Positions 40,350-51,172 of a stretch of 61,133 nt of DNA are shown here, piece after piece. The stretch's first letter is position 1. Each line of letters starts with the position of its first letter. Below the pieces are notes generated by a model, which saw nothing but the letters and a program-made list of their open reading frames with translations, had not been told where the DNA came from and searched no databases. The translations under genes were made by a program, and so were the position numbers. Source of the DNA: Bacteroides sp. GTDB lineage: Bacteria; Bacteroidota; Bacteroidia; Bacteroidales; SM23-62. The stretch spans positions 1 to 61,133 of the forward strand of contig DAOWJB010000288.1 of assembly GCA_030640625.1 (NCBI GenBank), given 5' to 3'.

Positions 40350-41180
40350 ATGATACATACAGAATATGAATGGTTATCGGATGAAAAAAAACTGATCTTT
40401 GCACAATCATGGGTGCCGGAAGATAACCTGAGGGGAATGATTAGTCTCATACACGGACTGGGAGAACATTCCGGTCGATATGCCAGATGGGCAGAACTGT
40501 TTGTTCAGGCAGGCTATGGCATGCTGGCGGTAGATCTTCCCGGCCATGGATGTACAGAAGGCAGAATAGCCTACGTGAAAAATTACCAGATCCTGCTCAA
40601 CCAGGTTGATCTCACGCTCCGGAAATCTGAGGACCTGTTCCCGGGTGTACCGAGGATCCTTTACGGGCATAGCATGGGAGGAAATATTGCCATCAATTAC
40701 GCCATTTCAAGGGACGCTCCGATCAAGGCACTCATCGCCTCCTCACCCTGGCTCAGATTAACTTTCAGGGTATCTCCCGTGGAACTGGCCCTCGGAAAGA
40801 TTATGAACATCCTGCTTCCCTGGGTCAGGTTTAAACGGAAAGGGACAAAAACAGAGCATCTGAGCCATGATCCGGATCACTGGGCCGATTTACGCAGTGA
40901 TCCCCTTGTGCATGGCATGGTCACCGGAAGGTATTTTTACATCATCTACCAGCAGGGAGAATATGCCATGAGGCATGTTTACAAAATAAACAAGCCCTTC
41001 CTGCTGATGCATGGCAGCGATGATAAGATCACTTCTCCCAGGGCAAGCGCGGACTTTGTGGCCAATACCAGTGACCGGACCCAACTCAAGATCTGGGATG
41101 GATTATATCATGAATTGCACAATGAATTCGAATACAGGGATATAGCAAAATACGTCATTGACTGGCTTGAAAGTCTGTAA
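40350..41180 (+). CDS. Alpha/beta hydrolase, lysophospholipase / monoacylglycerol-lipase-like
   Basis: HGLGEHSGRY, nucleophile elbow GHSMGG, C-terminal HGSDDKITS...YHELHNE. 276 aa. Confidence 0.8.
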   Translation: MIHTEYEWLSDEKKLIFAQSWVPEDNLRGMISLIHGLGEHSGRYARWAELFVQAGYGMLAVDLPGHGCTEGRIAYVKNYQILLNQVDLTLRKSEDLFPGVPRILYGHSMGGNIAINYAISRDAPIKALIASSPWLRLTFRVSPVELALGKIMNILLPWVRFKRKGTKTEHLSHDPDHWADLRSDPLVHGMVTGRYFYIIYQQGEYAMRHVYKINKPFLLMHGSDDKITSPRASADFVANTSDRTQLKIWDGLYHELHNEFEYRDIAKYVIDWLESL

Positions 41181-41183
41181 AAC

Positions 41184-42167
41184 ATGGAATTCAGAACAGA
41201 AATAAATATCCCCCCTTCGGAAAACAGGATCTCATATGATTCCAATATCCTGTTGATGGGATCCTGTTTTACGGAATATATTGGTTCCCTGATGCAGGAA
41301 CTCCAGTTCCGCGCAGACCTAAATCCCTTCGGCATCAATTACAATCCATCGTCCCTTTCCCGGAATCTCTGGGCATTGCTGAATGGAAAGAAGTACAGCA
41401 GAAAAGACCTGCATGAGGCCAATGAAAAATGGTTCAGTTTTGACCATCACAGCCAGTTTTCAGATAGTGATCCTGATGCCTGTCTGCAAACTATAAACGA
41501 ACGTATCCGGTTTTCCAGGGAACACCTGTCCAACACCAATTATCTCCTGCTTACCTGGGGTACGGCCTGGGTATATGTGTTTAAGGAATCTGCAACAGTA
41601 GTTTCCAACTGTCATAAACTCCCGGCTAATAATTTCAGCCGCCATCTGCTATCGGTTAGCCAGGTGGTGGATACTTATACCAAACTTTTTGCCGGAATGA
41701 GATCGAAAATCCCTGATCTAAAGATCATCCTTACCGTCAGTCCGGTCAGACACTGGAAAGATGGTCCGGTATTGAATACCATCAGTAAATCCACCCTCCT
41801 GCTGGCCGCCCACAAGCTTTCTGAAATGTTCTCCTATTGTGAATATTTCCCTGCCTATGAAATTGCCATGGACGATCTACGCGATTACCGCTTTTATGCC
41901 GATGACCTGGTACATCCAAACCAGCAGATGATCCAATATATCTGGGGGAAATTCTCAGCTGCCTATTTTGATGACCAGACCATGAAGCTCATGGGTGAGA
42001 TAGGGAAACTTACAACGGCAAGAAATCACAGGCCTTTTGATCCAGGATCAGAACAATATTTAAAGTTCTGCAGAAAACAGCTTGAAAAAACCAAGCGCCT
42101 GATGAAAGAGAATCCCTGTCTGGATCTAAAGGATCTGGCAGATTTTTTCAATACCCCGTTAAAATAA
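41184..42167 (+). CDS. GSCFA domain-containing protein
   Basis: The family-defining GSCF motif is near the N-terminus (LLMGSCFTEYIG). 327 aa. Confidence 0.75.
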   Translation: MEFRTEINIPPSENRISYDSNILLMGSCFTEYIGSLMQELQFRADLNPFGINYNPSSLSRNLWALLNGKKYSRKDLHEANEKWFSFDHHSQFSDSDPDACLQTINERIRFSREHLSNTNYLLLTWGTAWVYVFKESATVVSNCHKLPANNFSRHLLSVSQVVDTYTKLFAGMRSKIPDLKIILTVSPVRHWKDGPVLNTISKSTLLLAAHKLSEMFSYCEYFPAYEIAMDDLRDYRFYADDLVHPNQQMIQYIWGKFSAAYFDDQTMKLMGEIGKLTTARNHRPFDPGSEQYLKFCRKQLEKTKRLMKENPCLDLKDLADFFNTPLK

Positions 42168-42272
42168 TCTTAAATTACCATCTCTCCTGAACATTCCCGG
42201 TAAGGATTTGTTAGTTGGCAAAAACTGGTTTGATATTCCCCTTTTTAGTAATTTTAGAGGAAAATCATTGCC

Positions 42273-43064
42273 ATGCGCAAGGTTTGCATTACACTCATAA
42301 TCCTTTTTTGTGTCAATCATCTGGGGGCCCAGGAACAATACAGGGTAATAAAGGTACATGGACAGATCCAGTATATTCGGACCGGGGCCAATATGGTCCG
42401 GGGAGACATATTCCCAGAAGATGAGGATCTGTCTTTTGTAACACCTGTTTCCAGGGCTGCCGTGATCAATCCTACAAAGGGAAGGTTCATCCTGAGTCCG
42501 GATACAGACAGCCAGTCGAGCGGTGCCAAATCCAATTTCCTGCCGGCCATGAACAATATTTCTACCCGGGGAGGCCTACTGAACTCCCTGAATGATCTGC
42601 AGGACCAATTTTCAGAAGCAATCGCTGTAATCCATAAGGCCAGCTGGCATATCAATCCATATGAGTTCCCCATGAATGATCACAATTTCTTTTATCTTAC
42701 CTGCATGCATGAGGGAAAATCCATTAATAAAAAGCTTTCATTTGAGGAGAACAGTCTTCTCTTTATACGGCAGGAAATTTTACAGGTAGATGACCAAGCC
42801 ATTGCCACTTACGATACCCCGAATGCCATCATGTATTATTACGGTCCAGATGGCCCCCTCTATATCAGTTCTTTCAACCTGAACTTTCCGGATATCAACT
42901 TGCTGACCGAAGAAACCAGGATCATCATTGATGAATTCACTGAGTCTGGCTATACACAAATGGTTAATGAACTTTCAGGATATGTATTTGAGTTTTATGG
43001 GAAACCCGACAAACAGGATATCATGTTTTTCATGAAGGAGCAATTTTATATGGAAAGACAATGA
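42273..43064 (+). CDS. Hypothetical secreted protein
   Basis: Signal peptide MRKVCITLIILFCVNHLGAQ. 263 aa with no motif recognised. ATGA overlap with the next gene. Confidence 0.6.
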   Translation: MRKVCITLIILFCVNHLGAQEQYRVIKVHGQIQYIRTGANMVRGDIFPEDEDLSFVTPVSRAAVINPTKGRFILSPDTDSQSSGAKSNFLPAMNNISTRGGLLNSLNDLQDQFSEAIAVIHKASWHINPYEFPMNDHNFFYLTCMHEGKSINKKLSFEENSLLFIRQEILQVDDQAIATYDTPNAIMYYYGPDGPLYISSFNLNFPDINLLTEETRIIIDEFTESGYTQMVNELSGYVFEFYGKPDKQDIMFFMKEQFYMERQ

Positions 43065-46000
43065 GGATATCAATCCTGGCCTTTCTTCTTCTCCCCTGGT
43101 TGGGTGTTTCGCATGTAGTGGGACAAAACCTGAAGCTGCCAATAAGCAATTATACCAACAAGACCTATGGCCGGAATTATGAAGCAACCAATAATTGTAT
43201 CCAGGCTGATCAGCGGAACTTCATCTATGCCGGAAATGCCAACGGTGTCATGGAATATGATGCAAGCCATTGGCGATTCATACCCGTCCGGCAAGGTGCT
43301 TATGTAACTTCCATGGACATCGATCCAATCGGGCGGATTTTTGTCGGTTCCCAGAACGAATTCGGTTTCCTTGATTCCGACAAAAATGGATTAATCCATT
43401 ACAGGTCTCTTTCAGATTCACTAAAAGCGGAGGACCGGTTTTTTACCAATATCTGGAAAACGCATGCAGATTCTACCATTGTTTATTTCCAGGCTGAGGA
43501 ATCCCTGTTTATTTTCCAATCCGGCAAAATTAAAGTGACCTACCCGGAAACTACATTCCATACCTCTTTCCTGGTTGATGGCAGGCTATATGTACGGCAA
43601 CGTTCGAGGGGATTATTCATGCTTGAAGATGATACGCTTGTCCCCGTAAAGGACGGCCATCAGTTTGCCGAATTGGGCATATTTTCAATGCTCAGTTTGG
43701 ATGAGAATGGCTGGATACTCATTGCCACGCGTGAGAGAGGATTATATCACTTCCATCCAAAACAGGGATTGTTAAAGGTCCACACACAAAATGATCCCTT
43801 CCTGATCCGGTCCGGAATTGCCGGAGGGATCCCCCTGAGTGATGGTAAATTTGCACTTAATACCTTACACGAAGGCATTATCATCACCAACAGGAAGGGG
43901 GAAATAAATGCTATCATTAACCAACATTCTGGTTTACAGGGTAACGACGTAAGAGGCATCTTCCAGGATGACTGGCAGAATATCTGGTGTGCACTCGAAA
44001 ACGGGATCAGTAAAATTGATTATTCCTCCCCCGTCTCTTTCTATCATGAAAACTCGGGACTGGAAGGAAGTGTACATACGATTGCCCGGTACCGGGACAG
44101 GTTATTTGTGGGTACAACCCGGGGATTATTCGTGGAGGATCAGGCCAAAGCACTGAATAAGTCTCTTGAATTCATATCCTTTCAGGACATCAGGGACCAG
44201 GTATGGGACATGGAAATCATTGGCGCTTCCCTGCTGGTTGGCACCACCAATGGACTTTACCGGCTAAACACCACCGGGGTAAATAAAATTGCCGAAATCA
44301 ATGCCTTTGTCCTCCATTACCTGGAAAACGAGCAACTCTTGCTGGTCGGGGGTATGCAGGGACTGGCTGCTTTCAGGAAGGACCCGGACTGGACACTGGT
44401 AAAAAAATTCCCCGACATTACTGAAAACATCAAAGCAATCGCAGAGAATCATTCCGGATTTTATGAGGCATCGGAGATCTGGCTGGGAACGAGCTACCAG
44501 GGAGTTTTGAAATTGCTTCTGAACCGGGATCTCTCTCATGAGACTTATAAGTATTTCGGGGAGAATGATGGACTGCCGACTGATTGGGTGCTTCCGGTGT
44601 CACACCTTGATAGCATTTTATTTGCTACACGGTTAGGACTGATGCAATTCAACGATGAATTTTTAATCCGCCAGATGCTGCCAGATTCACTCCGGGATAA
44701 ACCTGAGTATTACCGTGGTTATTTTGAGGGAAAGAACCTCCACGACACAGCGGTAATTACACCTCTCAGTTATCTTATTAACGAAGATGACAGGACCTGG
44801 GCGGTGATTGACAATGAAATTTTGATGATCCCGCATAAAGCACCGAAAAATGGTTTGCAAAAACCTTTTAAGGGTATTGATCTGGGAAAATTAAATATGA
44901 TCTATCCTGTCGATGAGAACATTATATGGATCGCTGCTGCTGAAGGCCTGGCAAGATTCGATATGAGTCATATGGCGCAGCTGCAACGGTCATTTTTCGC
45001 AGCCATACGTTCGGTGCAGGTAGACGGGGATTCGATTATTTTTCATGGATCCTACCAGCTGCCGGACAAGCATTCCCGGAAAGGCCCGGATGATTTATTT
45101 AAGCAGCCGGATCTTAACATCCCCATACTCCAATTTGCCAATAATAATGTGACATTTAATTTCACTTCACCCTATTATGACTTCGAAGGCCAGAACCTAT
45201 TTTCCTGGCAGCTGGAGGGAAGCAATTCCCTTTGGAGCATCTGGATGAACAGGAATGATGCCAACTATACAAATCTTCGGGAAGGAGAATATAATTTCCT
45301 GGTACGTGCCAAAAATATTTATGGTGATATTAGTGAGGTAAGCGGTTTCAGGTTCATCATTAAACCTCCCTGGCACCGTACCATGATAGCCTACATATGC
45401 TATATCATATTTTCAGGAATTTTCATCTTTTTTGCCATCCGCGTTGGACAAATAAGGCTGCGCAGACAGAACGAAAGACTGGAGGTGCTGGTTCGGGCGC
45501 GTACGGCCGAGATCAGGGCCCAGAATATCAAGCTGGCAGAACAAAAAAAGGAGATCACCGACAGCATCTTTTATGCTGAAAGGATTCAACAGGCTGTCCT
45601 TCCCCGGACAGACAAGCTTGCTGCAAAACTGAAAGAATATTTTATCCTGTTTAAGCCAAAAGATATTGTAAGCGGGGATTTCTACTGGCTGGCCGACAGC
45701 GGCACAAAGATCATTATCGCAGCAGTTGACTGTACCGGACATGGCGTACCCGGAGCATTTATGAGCATGCTGGGGGTAAGTTTCCTGAACAAAATCGTCC
45801 TCGAACAAAATATCTGCAGGGCGGACCTCATCCTGAATGACCTTCGGGATAACGTGATCCAGTCTCTGCAACAGACCGGCGCAGAAGGAGAGGCACAGGA
45901 TGGGATGGATATGGCTCTGGTAATCATTGATCTGAAAGAGATGACAATGGAATTTGCAGGAGCCCATAACCCTCTTTATATGATCCGTGGTCATGAGCTC

Positions 46001-46321
46001 AATGAAACCAAGGCCGACCGGATGCCCATTTCCTTCCAATCCGGCTCACGCAATTTTTCCAATCATAATTCCAGCCTCCAGGAAGGAGACAGTCTTTATC
46101 TGTTCTCAGATGGATTTGCTGATCAGTTCGGTGGACCCGCGGGCAAGAAATTCAAATACAAACAATTCAAAAACCTCCTGATGGAAATAAAGGATAAATC
46201 TATGAAGGAGCAAAAGAAGTTGCTGGATGATGCCATTGAGGCCTGGAAAAATCACAGGAATCCGGAAGGAGATACCTATGAGCAGATCGATGATATTCTT
46301 GTAATTGGAATTGGCATATGA
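43061..46321 (+). CDS. Beta-propeller / Y_Y_Y sensor fused through one TM helix to a PP2C (SpoIIE) serine phosphatase
   Basis: 1086 aa. Signal peptide, then about 700 aa of propeller-type repeats ending in a Y_Y_Y-like block (YNFLVRAKNIYGD...FRFIIKPPWHRT). A TM helix follows (IAYICYIIFSGIFIFFAI), then a coiled coil and a SpoIIE domain (SGDFYW...VDCTGHGVPGAFMSMLG...LFSDGFADQ). Confidence 0.8.
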   Translation: MRISILAFLLLPWLGVSHVVGQNLKLPISNYTNKTYGRNYEATNNCIQADQRNFIYAGNANGVMEYDASHWRFIPVRQGAYVTSMDIDPIGRIFVGSQNEFGFLDSDKNGLIHYRSLSDSLKAEDRFFTNIWKTHADSTIVYFQAEESLFIFQSGKIKVTYPETTFHTSFLVDGRLYVRQRSRGLFMLEDDTLVPVKDGHQFAELGIFSMLSLDENGWILIATRERGLYHFHPKQGLLKVHTQNDPFLIRSGIAGGIPLSDGKFALNTLHEGIIITNRKGEINAIINQHSGLQGNDVRGIFQDDWQNIWCALENGISKIDYSSPVSFYHENSGLEGSVHTIARYRDRLFVGTTRGLFVEDQAKALNKSLEFISFQDIRDQVWDMEIIGASLLVGTTNGLYRLNTTGVNKIAEINAFVLHYLENEQLLLVGGMQGLAAFRKDPDWTLVKKFPDITENIKAIAENHSGFYEASEIWLGTSYQGVLKLLLNRDLSHETYKYFGENDGLPTDWVLPVSHLDSILFATRLGLMQFNDEFLIRQMLPDSLRDKPEYYRGYFEGKNLHDTAVITPLSYLINEDDRTWAVIDNEILMIPHKAPKNGLQKPFKGIDLGKLNMIYPVDENIIWIAAAEGLARFDMSHMAQLQRSFFAAIRSVQVDGDSIIFHGSYQLPDKHSRKGPDDLFKQPDLNIPILQFANNNVTFNFTSPYYDFEGQNLFSWQLEGSNSLWSIWMNRNDANYTNLREGEYNFLVRAKNIYGDISEVSGFRFIIKPPWHRTMIAYICYIIFSGIFIFFAIRVGQIRLRRQNERLEVLVRARTAEIRAQNIKLAEQKKEITDSIFYAERIQQAVLPRTDKLAAKLKEYFILFKPKDIVSGDFYWLADSGTKIIIAAVDCTGHGVPGAFMSMLGVSFLNKIVLEQNICRADLILNDLRDNVIQSLQQTGAEGEAQDGMDMALVIIDLKEMTMEFAGAHNPLYMIRGHELNETKADRMPISFQSGSRNFSNHNSSLQEGDSLYLFSDGFADQFGGPAGKKFKYKQFKNLLMEIKDKSMKEQKKLLDDAIEAWKNHRNPEGDTYEQIDDILVIGIGI

Positions 46322-48513
46322 AAAGACTGTTCCACCTTATTTGCTTTTTAGTAATTACTATATCTCCTGGTCAATGGGTTGGTGGACAGGAAGCACCTCC
46401 TGCACGAAGGCCTAAAGTGGGATTGGTTCTCAGCGGGGGGGGTGCCAAAGGATTTGCCCATGTGGGTGTGCTAAAGGTGATAGAGGAGGCCGGATTACAA
46501 ATAGATTTCATCGGTGGAACCAGCATGGGTGGCCTCGTCAGCGGCCTGTATGCCATTGGCTACAATGCCGATTCCCTCGCGGGACTGGTATTGGAGCAGG
46601 ACTGGGACAGATTGCTTTCCGATGATATCCCGAGGAGAGAGCTGTCAATTGAAGAAAAACCTGATTTTGACCGCTTTATTGTTTCCTTTCCATTGCGAGA
46701 AAGAAAAGTTAAACTGCCTGTGGGAGTTGTTAGCGGCCAGAACATAGAAAACAAGTTTGCAGAACTTTGCTCACACATTTATAAAATACAGGATTTCAAT
46801 GAGTTTCCTATTCCATTCCTCTGCGTTTCAGTGGATGTGGGAACCGGTAATGAAGTCATACACAGGTCCGGATACCTTCCATCTGCCATGAGAGCCACCA
46901 TGGCCATTCCCTCAGTATTTGCACCGGTTAATCTCGATGGACAACTGCTGATTGACGGAGGTGTTTTGAATAATTTTCCGGTAGACCATGTACAGGAGAT
47001 GGGAGCGGATATCCTGATCGGTGTGAATGTGGGATATCAACCGTTTACAGCAGAGGATGATGTCAGCTTTTTGAAGGTTATGGAACAGACCGTGTTTCTT
47101 ACCTCACAGAAAAGAAGTGAAGAAAACATTGAATTATGCGACATTTACATCAAACCGGACATTTCCGGATACAGTTCTGCCAGTTTCAATGGAGGTGATT
47201 CACTCATCGCTCGCGGAGAGCGTGCTGCCAGGAAATACTTTGATACTTTCAAAACCCTGGCCGACTCATTGAACAGCCTGGAATATGTTCCATATAAAAA
47301 ACCTTCATTCGAACCCTTAGACTCCTTCCTGCTCAGTGAAATATATATTGAAGGTATCGAAAAGGTATCAGGGAGATTACTCACCGGTAAATTAAATCTG
47401 AATGTCCTTGAAAAAGTTAGTCCACAACAAGTTACCGAGGCTATTGATAATGTATTTTCCAGCCTGTTCTTTGAGAAAGTCACCTATGAGCTTGAGCCCA
47501 TGTACGATGAATTTTTAGGGACAAGCGTAAAATTGAAAATAAAGGTGGTGGAAAGAAAAGGTGGACAGTTAAAAGTGGGTCTGAATTATAATACTTCTTA
47601 CAAAGCTTCCATTACACTCAATACCACTTTCCGGAATGTATTGCTGAACGGCTCTAAACTTTCCCTTAACCTGGCACTGGGCGAAAATCAATATTTCCTT
47701 GCCCGTTATGAAAAAAACAACGGGTGGAGGCCGGGATTTGTCATTGATCTGATGGGCCAAAACTTTGACCTGAATATTTATTCTCAGGGTATCAATAAAG
47801 GCGTAGTTGATTATTCTGATATTGGCGCTCGCATTTATACCCAATCCATCATCGGGAAATCATATTCATTTGGCTTCGGCGGAGAAGTTGAGAGGATCAC
47901 GCTGAGACCCGATGTAGGGGATGTCATCCCTGGCCGGCAGGCAGGGAATTATTATAACCTGTTTGGTTATATAAACCTGGACACCTATGATAACCGGTTT
48001 TTCCCTACAGGTGGTACAAACTTTAATCTCCTTTATAAGTTCATTAACGACCAGTATCTGGATTACAATCATTTCCTGCGTATAAGCTTTGAACAAGCTG
48101 CCAGGCTTGGCAGAAGGTTCACACTTATTCCCAGGATTTATGGAGGTGCAACAACGGCTGATTCCTCCCTGCTGGTTTATCAATTCTACCTGGGTGGTCT
48201 GAACAAAACCCCTAGAAAAGGAATAATGCCATTTGTGGGACTGGATTTTATGGAACAATCAGGGCGGAATGCCATTGTGCTGGGATTGGATCTGCAATAT
48301 AATTTCTGGAAGTCAAATTACCTTGTACTGAAAACCAATGTCGGGAATACTTCCTGGCATTTAGAAGATATGTTGTTTTTCCAATCTGCCTTTGCAGGTT
48401 TTGGTCTGACACTTGGCAATATGAGCCTGATCGGTCCGATTGAATTAACCATCATGCGTTCCAATCTCCGCAATGATTTCCTGCTTTACATCAACATCGG
48501 GTATTATTTCTAA
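46318..48513 (+). CDS. PlpD-like patatin phospholipase fused to an Omp85-type beta-barrel (type Vd autotransporter architecture)
   Basis: Signal peptide. Patatin motifs GLVLSGGGAKG, GTSMGG and DGGVLNN. The C-terminal half is beta-rich and ends in an aromatic residue (NIGYYF). 731 aa. ATGA overlap with the sensor gene. Confidence 0.8.
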   Translation: MKRLFHLICFLVITISPGQWVGGQEAPPARRPKVGLVLSGGGAKGFAHVGVLKVIEEAGLQIDFIGGTSMGGLVSGLYAIGYNADSLAGLVLEQDWDRLLSDDIPRRELSIEEKPDFDRFIVSFPLRERKVKLPVGVVSGQNIENKFAELCSHIYKIQDFNEFPIPFLCVSVDVGTGNEVIHRSGYLPSAMRATMAIPSVFAPVNLDGQLLIDGGVLNNFPVDHVQEMGADILIGVNVGYQPFTAEDDVSFLKVMEQTVFLTSQKRSEENIELCDIYIKPDISGYSSASFNGGDSLIARGERAARKYFDTFKTLADSLNSLEYVPYKKPSFEPLDSFLLSEIYIEGIEKVSGRLLTGKLNLNVLEKVSPQQVTEAIDNVFSSLFFEKVTYELEPMYDEFLGTSVKLKIKVVERKGGQLKVGLNYNTSYKASITLNTTFRNVLLNGSKLSLNLALGENQYFLARYEKNNGWRPGFVIDLMGQNFDLNIYSQGINKGVVDYSDIGARIYTQSIIGKSYSFGFGGEVERITLRPDVGDVIPGRQAGNYYNLFGYINLDTYDNRFFPTGGTNFNLLYKFINDQYLDYNHFLRISFEQAARLGRRFTLIPRIYGGATTADSSLLVYQFYLGGLNKTPRKGIMPFVGLDFMEQSGRNAIVLGLDLQYNFWKSNYLVLKTNVGNTSWHLEDMLFFQSAFAGFGLTLGNMSLIGPIELTIMRSNLRNDFLLYINIGYYF

Positions 48514-48563
48514 TGCTGGCCCGGGCCCGCATTTCACCAAGATTCCTTAACTTGTACCATACG

Positions 48564-49574
48564 ATGAGGACCGCCCAATATTACCAGAATCTTAAGGATG
48601 GCAGGGTACAATGTCTCCTGTGTCCACACCTGTGTACACTATCAGAGGGAAAAGCCGGGAAGTGCGGGGTCCGGAGAAATGTGAATGCCGAGCTTATCAG
48701 CGAGACATACCAGAAGGTTTCCGCTGTTCACTATGACCCGATCGAGAAAAAGCCCCTCTATCATTTTCATCCTGGCAGCATTATCCTTTCCATAGGCAGT
48801 ATAGGATGTAACCTGAGTTGCAGTTTCTGCCAGAATTCGGATATATCCCAGGCCGATGTATCGGGATTTCCCTGGTTAAAAGATTATCCTCCTGATGACA
48901 TCGTTAACATGGCTGCCAATCATGCGACAAACATTGGCATAGCCTTTACCTACAATGAACCAACGGTCTCCTTTGAGTATGTCCTGGAAATTGCCCGTCT
49001 ATCAACCGACATGGGGATGAAAACGGCCATGATCACAAATGGTTATATCAATCCTGATCCGCTGATCCAGCTGCTTCCGTACATGGATGCTTTCAACATT
49101 GATCTTAAATCCTTCCGGGATGAGTTCTACAAACAGCATACCGGGGCGCATCTTGCACCTGTGCTCGAAACCCTGAAGATCCTCAAAAAGGCCGGGAAAC
49201 ACTTTGAGATAACCAACCTGGTTATCCCTGATCTGAATGACGATGCGGTAATCTTCTCTGAAATGATTGATTGGATAAACAAAGAACTCGGCATGTATAC
49301 CGTGCTTCACCTGTCAAGGTATTTTCCGCATCACGAGTTTACCAGGGACCCGACACCTGTAGATACACTCAAAAGATTATATGCAATCGCGAGCCTGAAA
49401 CTCCGGTATGTCTACCTTGGAAATGTAGCTTCCTACAAAGGACAACAGACCAGGTGTCCCGAATGCGAAGAATTGCTCATTGACCGTACTGGATATCATA
49501 CTGAAATAAGAAACATCACCCCTGACTCTCATTGTAGCAAATGTGGTTTCCCCATTCAAAACCTTATATTATGA
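48564..49574 (+). CDS. AmmeMemoRadiSam system radical SAM enzyme
   Basis: N-terminal CLLCPHLCTLSEGKAGKCGVR cluster, radical SAM CNLSCSFCQN, and C-terminal CPECEEL...CSKCG. The start at ATG 48564 (MRTAQYY...) fits the family N-terminus better than the track start at 48513. Confidence 0.8.
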   Translation: MRTAQYYQNLKDGRVQCLLCPHLCTLSEGKAGKCGVRRNVNAELISETYQKVSAVHYDPIEKKPLYHFHPGSIILSIGSIGCNLSCSFCQNSDISQADVSGFPWLKDYPPDDIVNMAANHATNIGIAFTYNEPTVSFEYVLEIARLSTDMGMKTAMITNGYINPDPLIQLLPYMDAFNIDLKSFRDEFYKQHTGAHLAPVLETLKILKKAGKHFEITNLVIPDLNDDAVIFSEMIDWINKELGMYTVLHLSRYFPHHEFTRDPTPVDTLKRLYAIASLKLRYVYLGNVASYKGQQTRCPECEELLIDRTGYHTEIRNITPDSHCSKCGFPIQNLIL

Positions 49575-50404
49575 ATGTCAGAACACCAAAGGTTGCCGGG
49601 GCTTTCTACCCGGGAACCGAAAAAGAGATCACCGGACTTATCGAGCAAATCCGCGATACAGAAAAAGACAGGATTGACTATTCGTTTGCCCAAAAGGATA
49701 TCATTGGCTGTGTAGTGCCCCATGCCGGATATGTATACTCCGGCTACGAGGCAATACATTTTTTCGAAATAATCAAACGCTCATCCAAACAGTATGATAC
49801 TTTCATCATCATCAATCCGAATCATACGGGATATGGTGAACATATTGAGGTTGACTCGAATGATTCCTGGGACACACCCCTTGGAGCTGTAGATGTCGAT
49901 ACGGAATTTGCCAGACAACTTGACCTGCCACGATCTGACCGTGCCCAGATGCAGGAGCATTCGGCAGAGGTTATGCTGCCTTTTCTCCAGCTATTCGTCT
50001 CCGATCCTTTCAAGATTGTTCCCATTAGCATACTTCGCCAAAATCCCATAACCGCCATAGAGGTGGCAGAGAAGATAAGGGATGCAAACAAAGGGTTAAA
50101 CAGGAAGTTAATGATCATTGCCTCATCGGATTTCACTCATTTTGAAAGTCCGGTTGACGGTCAAATGAAAGATGACCTTGTGCTGGAACAGATCGAAAAA
50201 CAGGATTCTGAAATGTTGTATGACACCGTGGTACAAAACCGGATATCAGTTTGTGGATATGGCCCCATCATGTCCCTGATCGAATATTCTAAGCTTGTGG
50301 CAGAAAAGCCATCATCCACCATTCTTGCCAGGGGACATTCCGGGAAAATCAGACCATCCTCATCTGTGGTAGATTATATAAGCATTTTGTTTTATCATGA
50401 TTAA
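49571..50404 (+). CDS. AmmeMemoRadiSam system protein B (Memo-like)
   Basis: PKVAGAFYPG, VPHAGYVYSG and SSDFTH motifs of the Memo family. The start at ATG 49571 forms an ATGA overlap with the radical SAM gene. Confidence 0.8.
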   Translation: MNVRTPKVAGAFYPGTEKEITGLIEQIRDTEKDRIDYSFAQKDIIGCVVPHAGYVYSGYEAIHFFEIIKRSSKQYDTFIIINPNHTGYGEHIEVDSNDSWDTPLGAVDVDTEFARQLDLPRSDRAQMQEHSAEVMLPFLQLFVSDPFKIVPISILRQNPITAIEVAEKIRDANKGLNRKLMIIASSDFTHFESPVDGQMKDDLVLEQIEKQDSEMLYDTVVQNRISVCGYGPIMSLIEYSKLVAEKPSSTILARGHSGKIRPSSSVVDYISILFYHD

Positions 50405-50410
50405 TTCCAG

Positions 50411-51154
50411 ATGACAAAAAAAGAATACTACTTATATGCTTTGGTCGAGGAGGAGGACTGGACCGCCTACCTGCTGAATAATTCCGGGCTCCCGGGTCCG
50501 AGAGCCAACCTGGAACTGATGCATGCCTACGTTGAACTGGGTTCTGAAAAAGAATTTATTCCCCTGCTTGATTACACGCCTGACCTGGCGCCGGAAAACA
50601 CCCCGGATGCATTTCTTGCCTTCTGTGGTACTGTCGGTCTTGGTGAAGTGATCGCCAACGGGATGAGGGAATATCTGCCGGATCTCAGACGGCAGGCTTC
50701 TGATCCACGCTGGAGGATCCGTGAAGCGGTGGCCATGGCCCTCCAGATCATTGGGAAACATGATTTTTACCTGCTTTCATTTATATGCAGTGAATGGGTC
50801 AGGGGCAGTTTCCTGGAACAACGGGCACTGGCCGCAGGTATTTGTGAACCTGAACTTTTATCAGATCCCAGGCATGCTGAACTGGCATTGCAATTGCTGG
50901 ATCAGATCACCCAGCTGCTCTCCGGGGTTAAAAACAGGAAAAGTGATGATTTCAAGGTTCTCAGAAAAGGCCTGGGTTATTGCTGGAGTGTTGCTGTTTC
51001 ATCTAATCCGGGATTTGGAAAACCTTTATTCGAAAAACTGCTTGAACTTAATGACAAGGATGTCAATTGGATTATCAGGGAGAACCTGAAAAAAAAGCGC
51101 CTGTTAAAGATGGACAAAGAATGGGTTAACGCATTATCGGTCCGAATAGAATAA
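50411..51154 (+). CDS. Hypothetical all-alpha repeat protein (HEAT-like; faint resemblance to DNA-alkylation-repair-type repeats)
   Basis: 247 aa. Helical repeat features (DPRWRIREAVAMAL, FLEQRALAAGI, VNWIIRENLKKK). No LRGCIG motif, so it is not AMMECR1. The functional call is weak. Confidence 0.5.
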   Translation: MTKKEYYLYALVEEEDWTAYLLNNSGLPGPRANLELMHAYVELGSEKEFIPLLDYTPDLAPENTPDAFLAFCGTVGLGEVIANGMREYLPDLRRQASDPRWRIREAVAMALQIIGKHDFYLLSFICSEWVRGSFLEQRALAAGICEPELLSDPRHAELALQLLDQITQLLSGVKNRKSDDFKVLRKGLGYCWSVAVSSNPGFGKPLFEKLLELNDKDVNWIIRENLKKKRLLKMDKEWVNALSVRIE

Positions 51155-51172
51155 CCCTCATAAAACCTGTCA

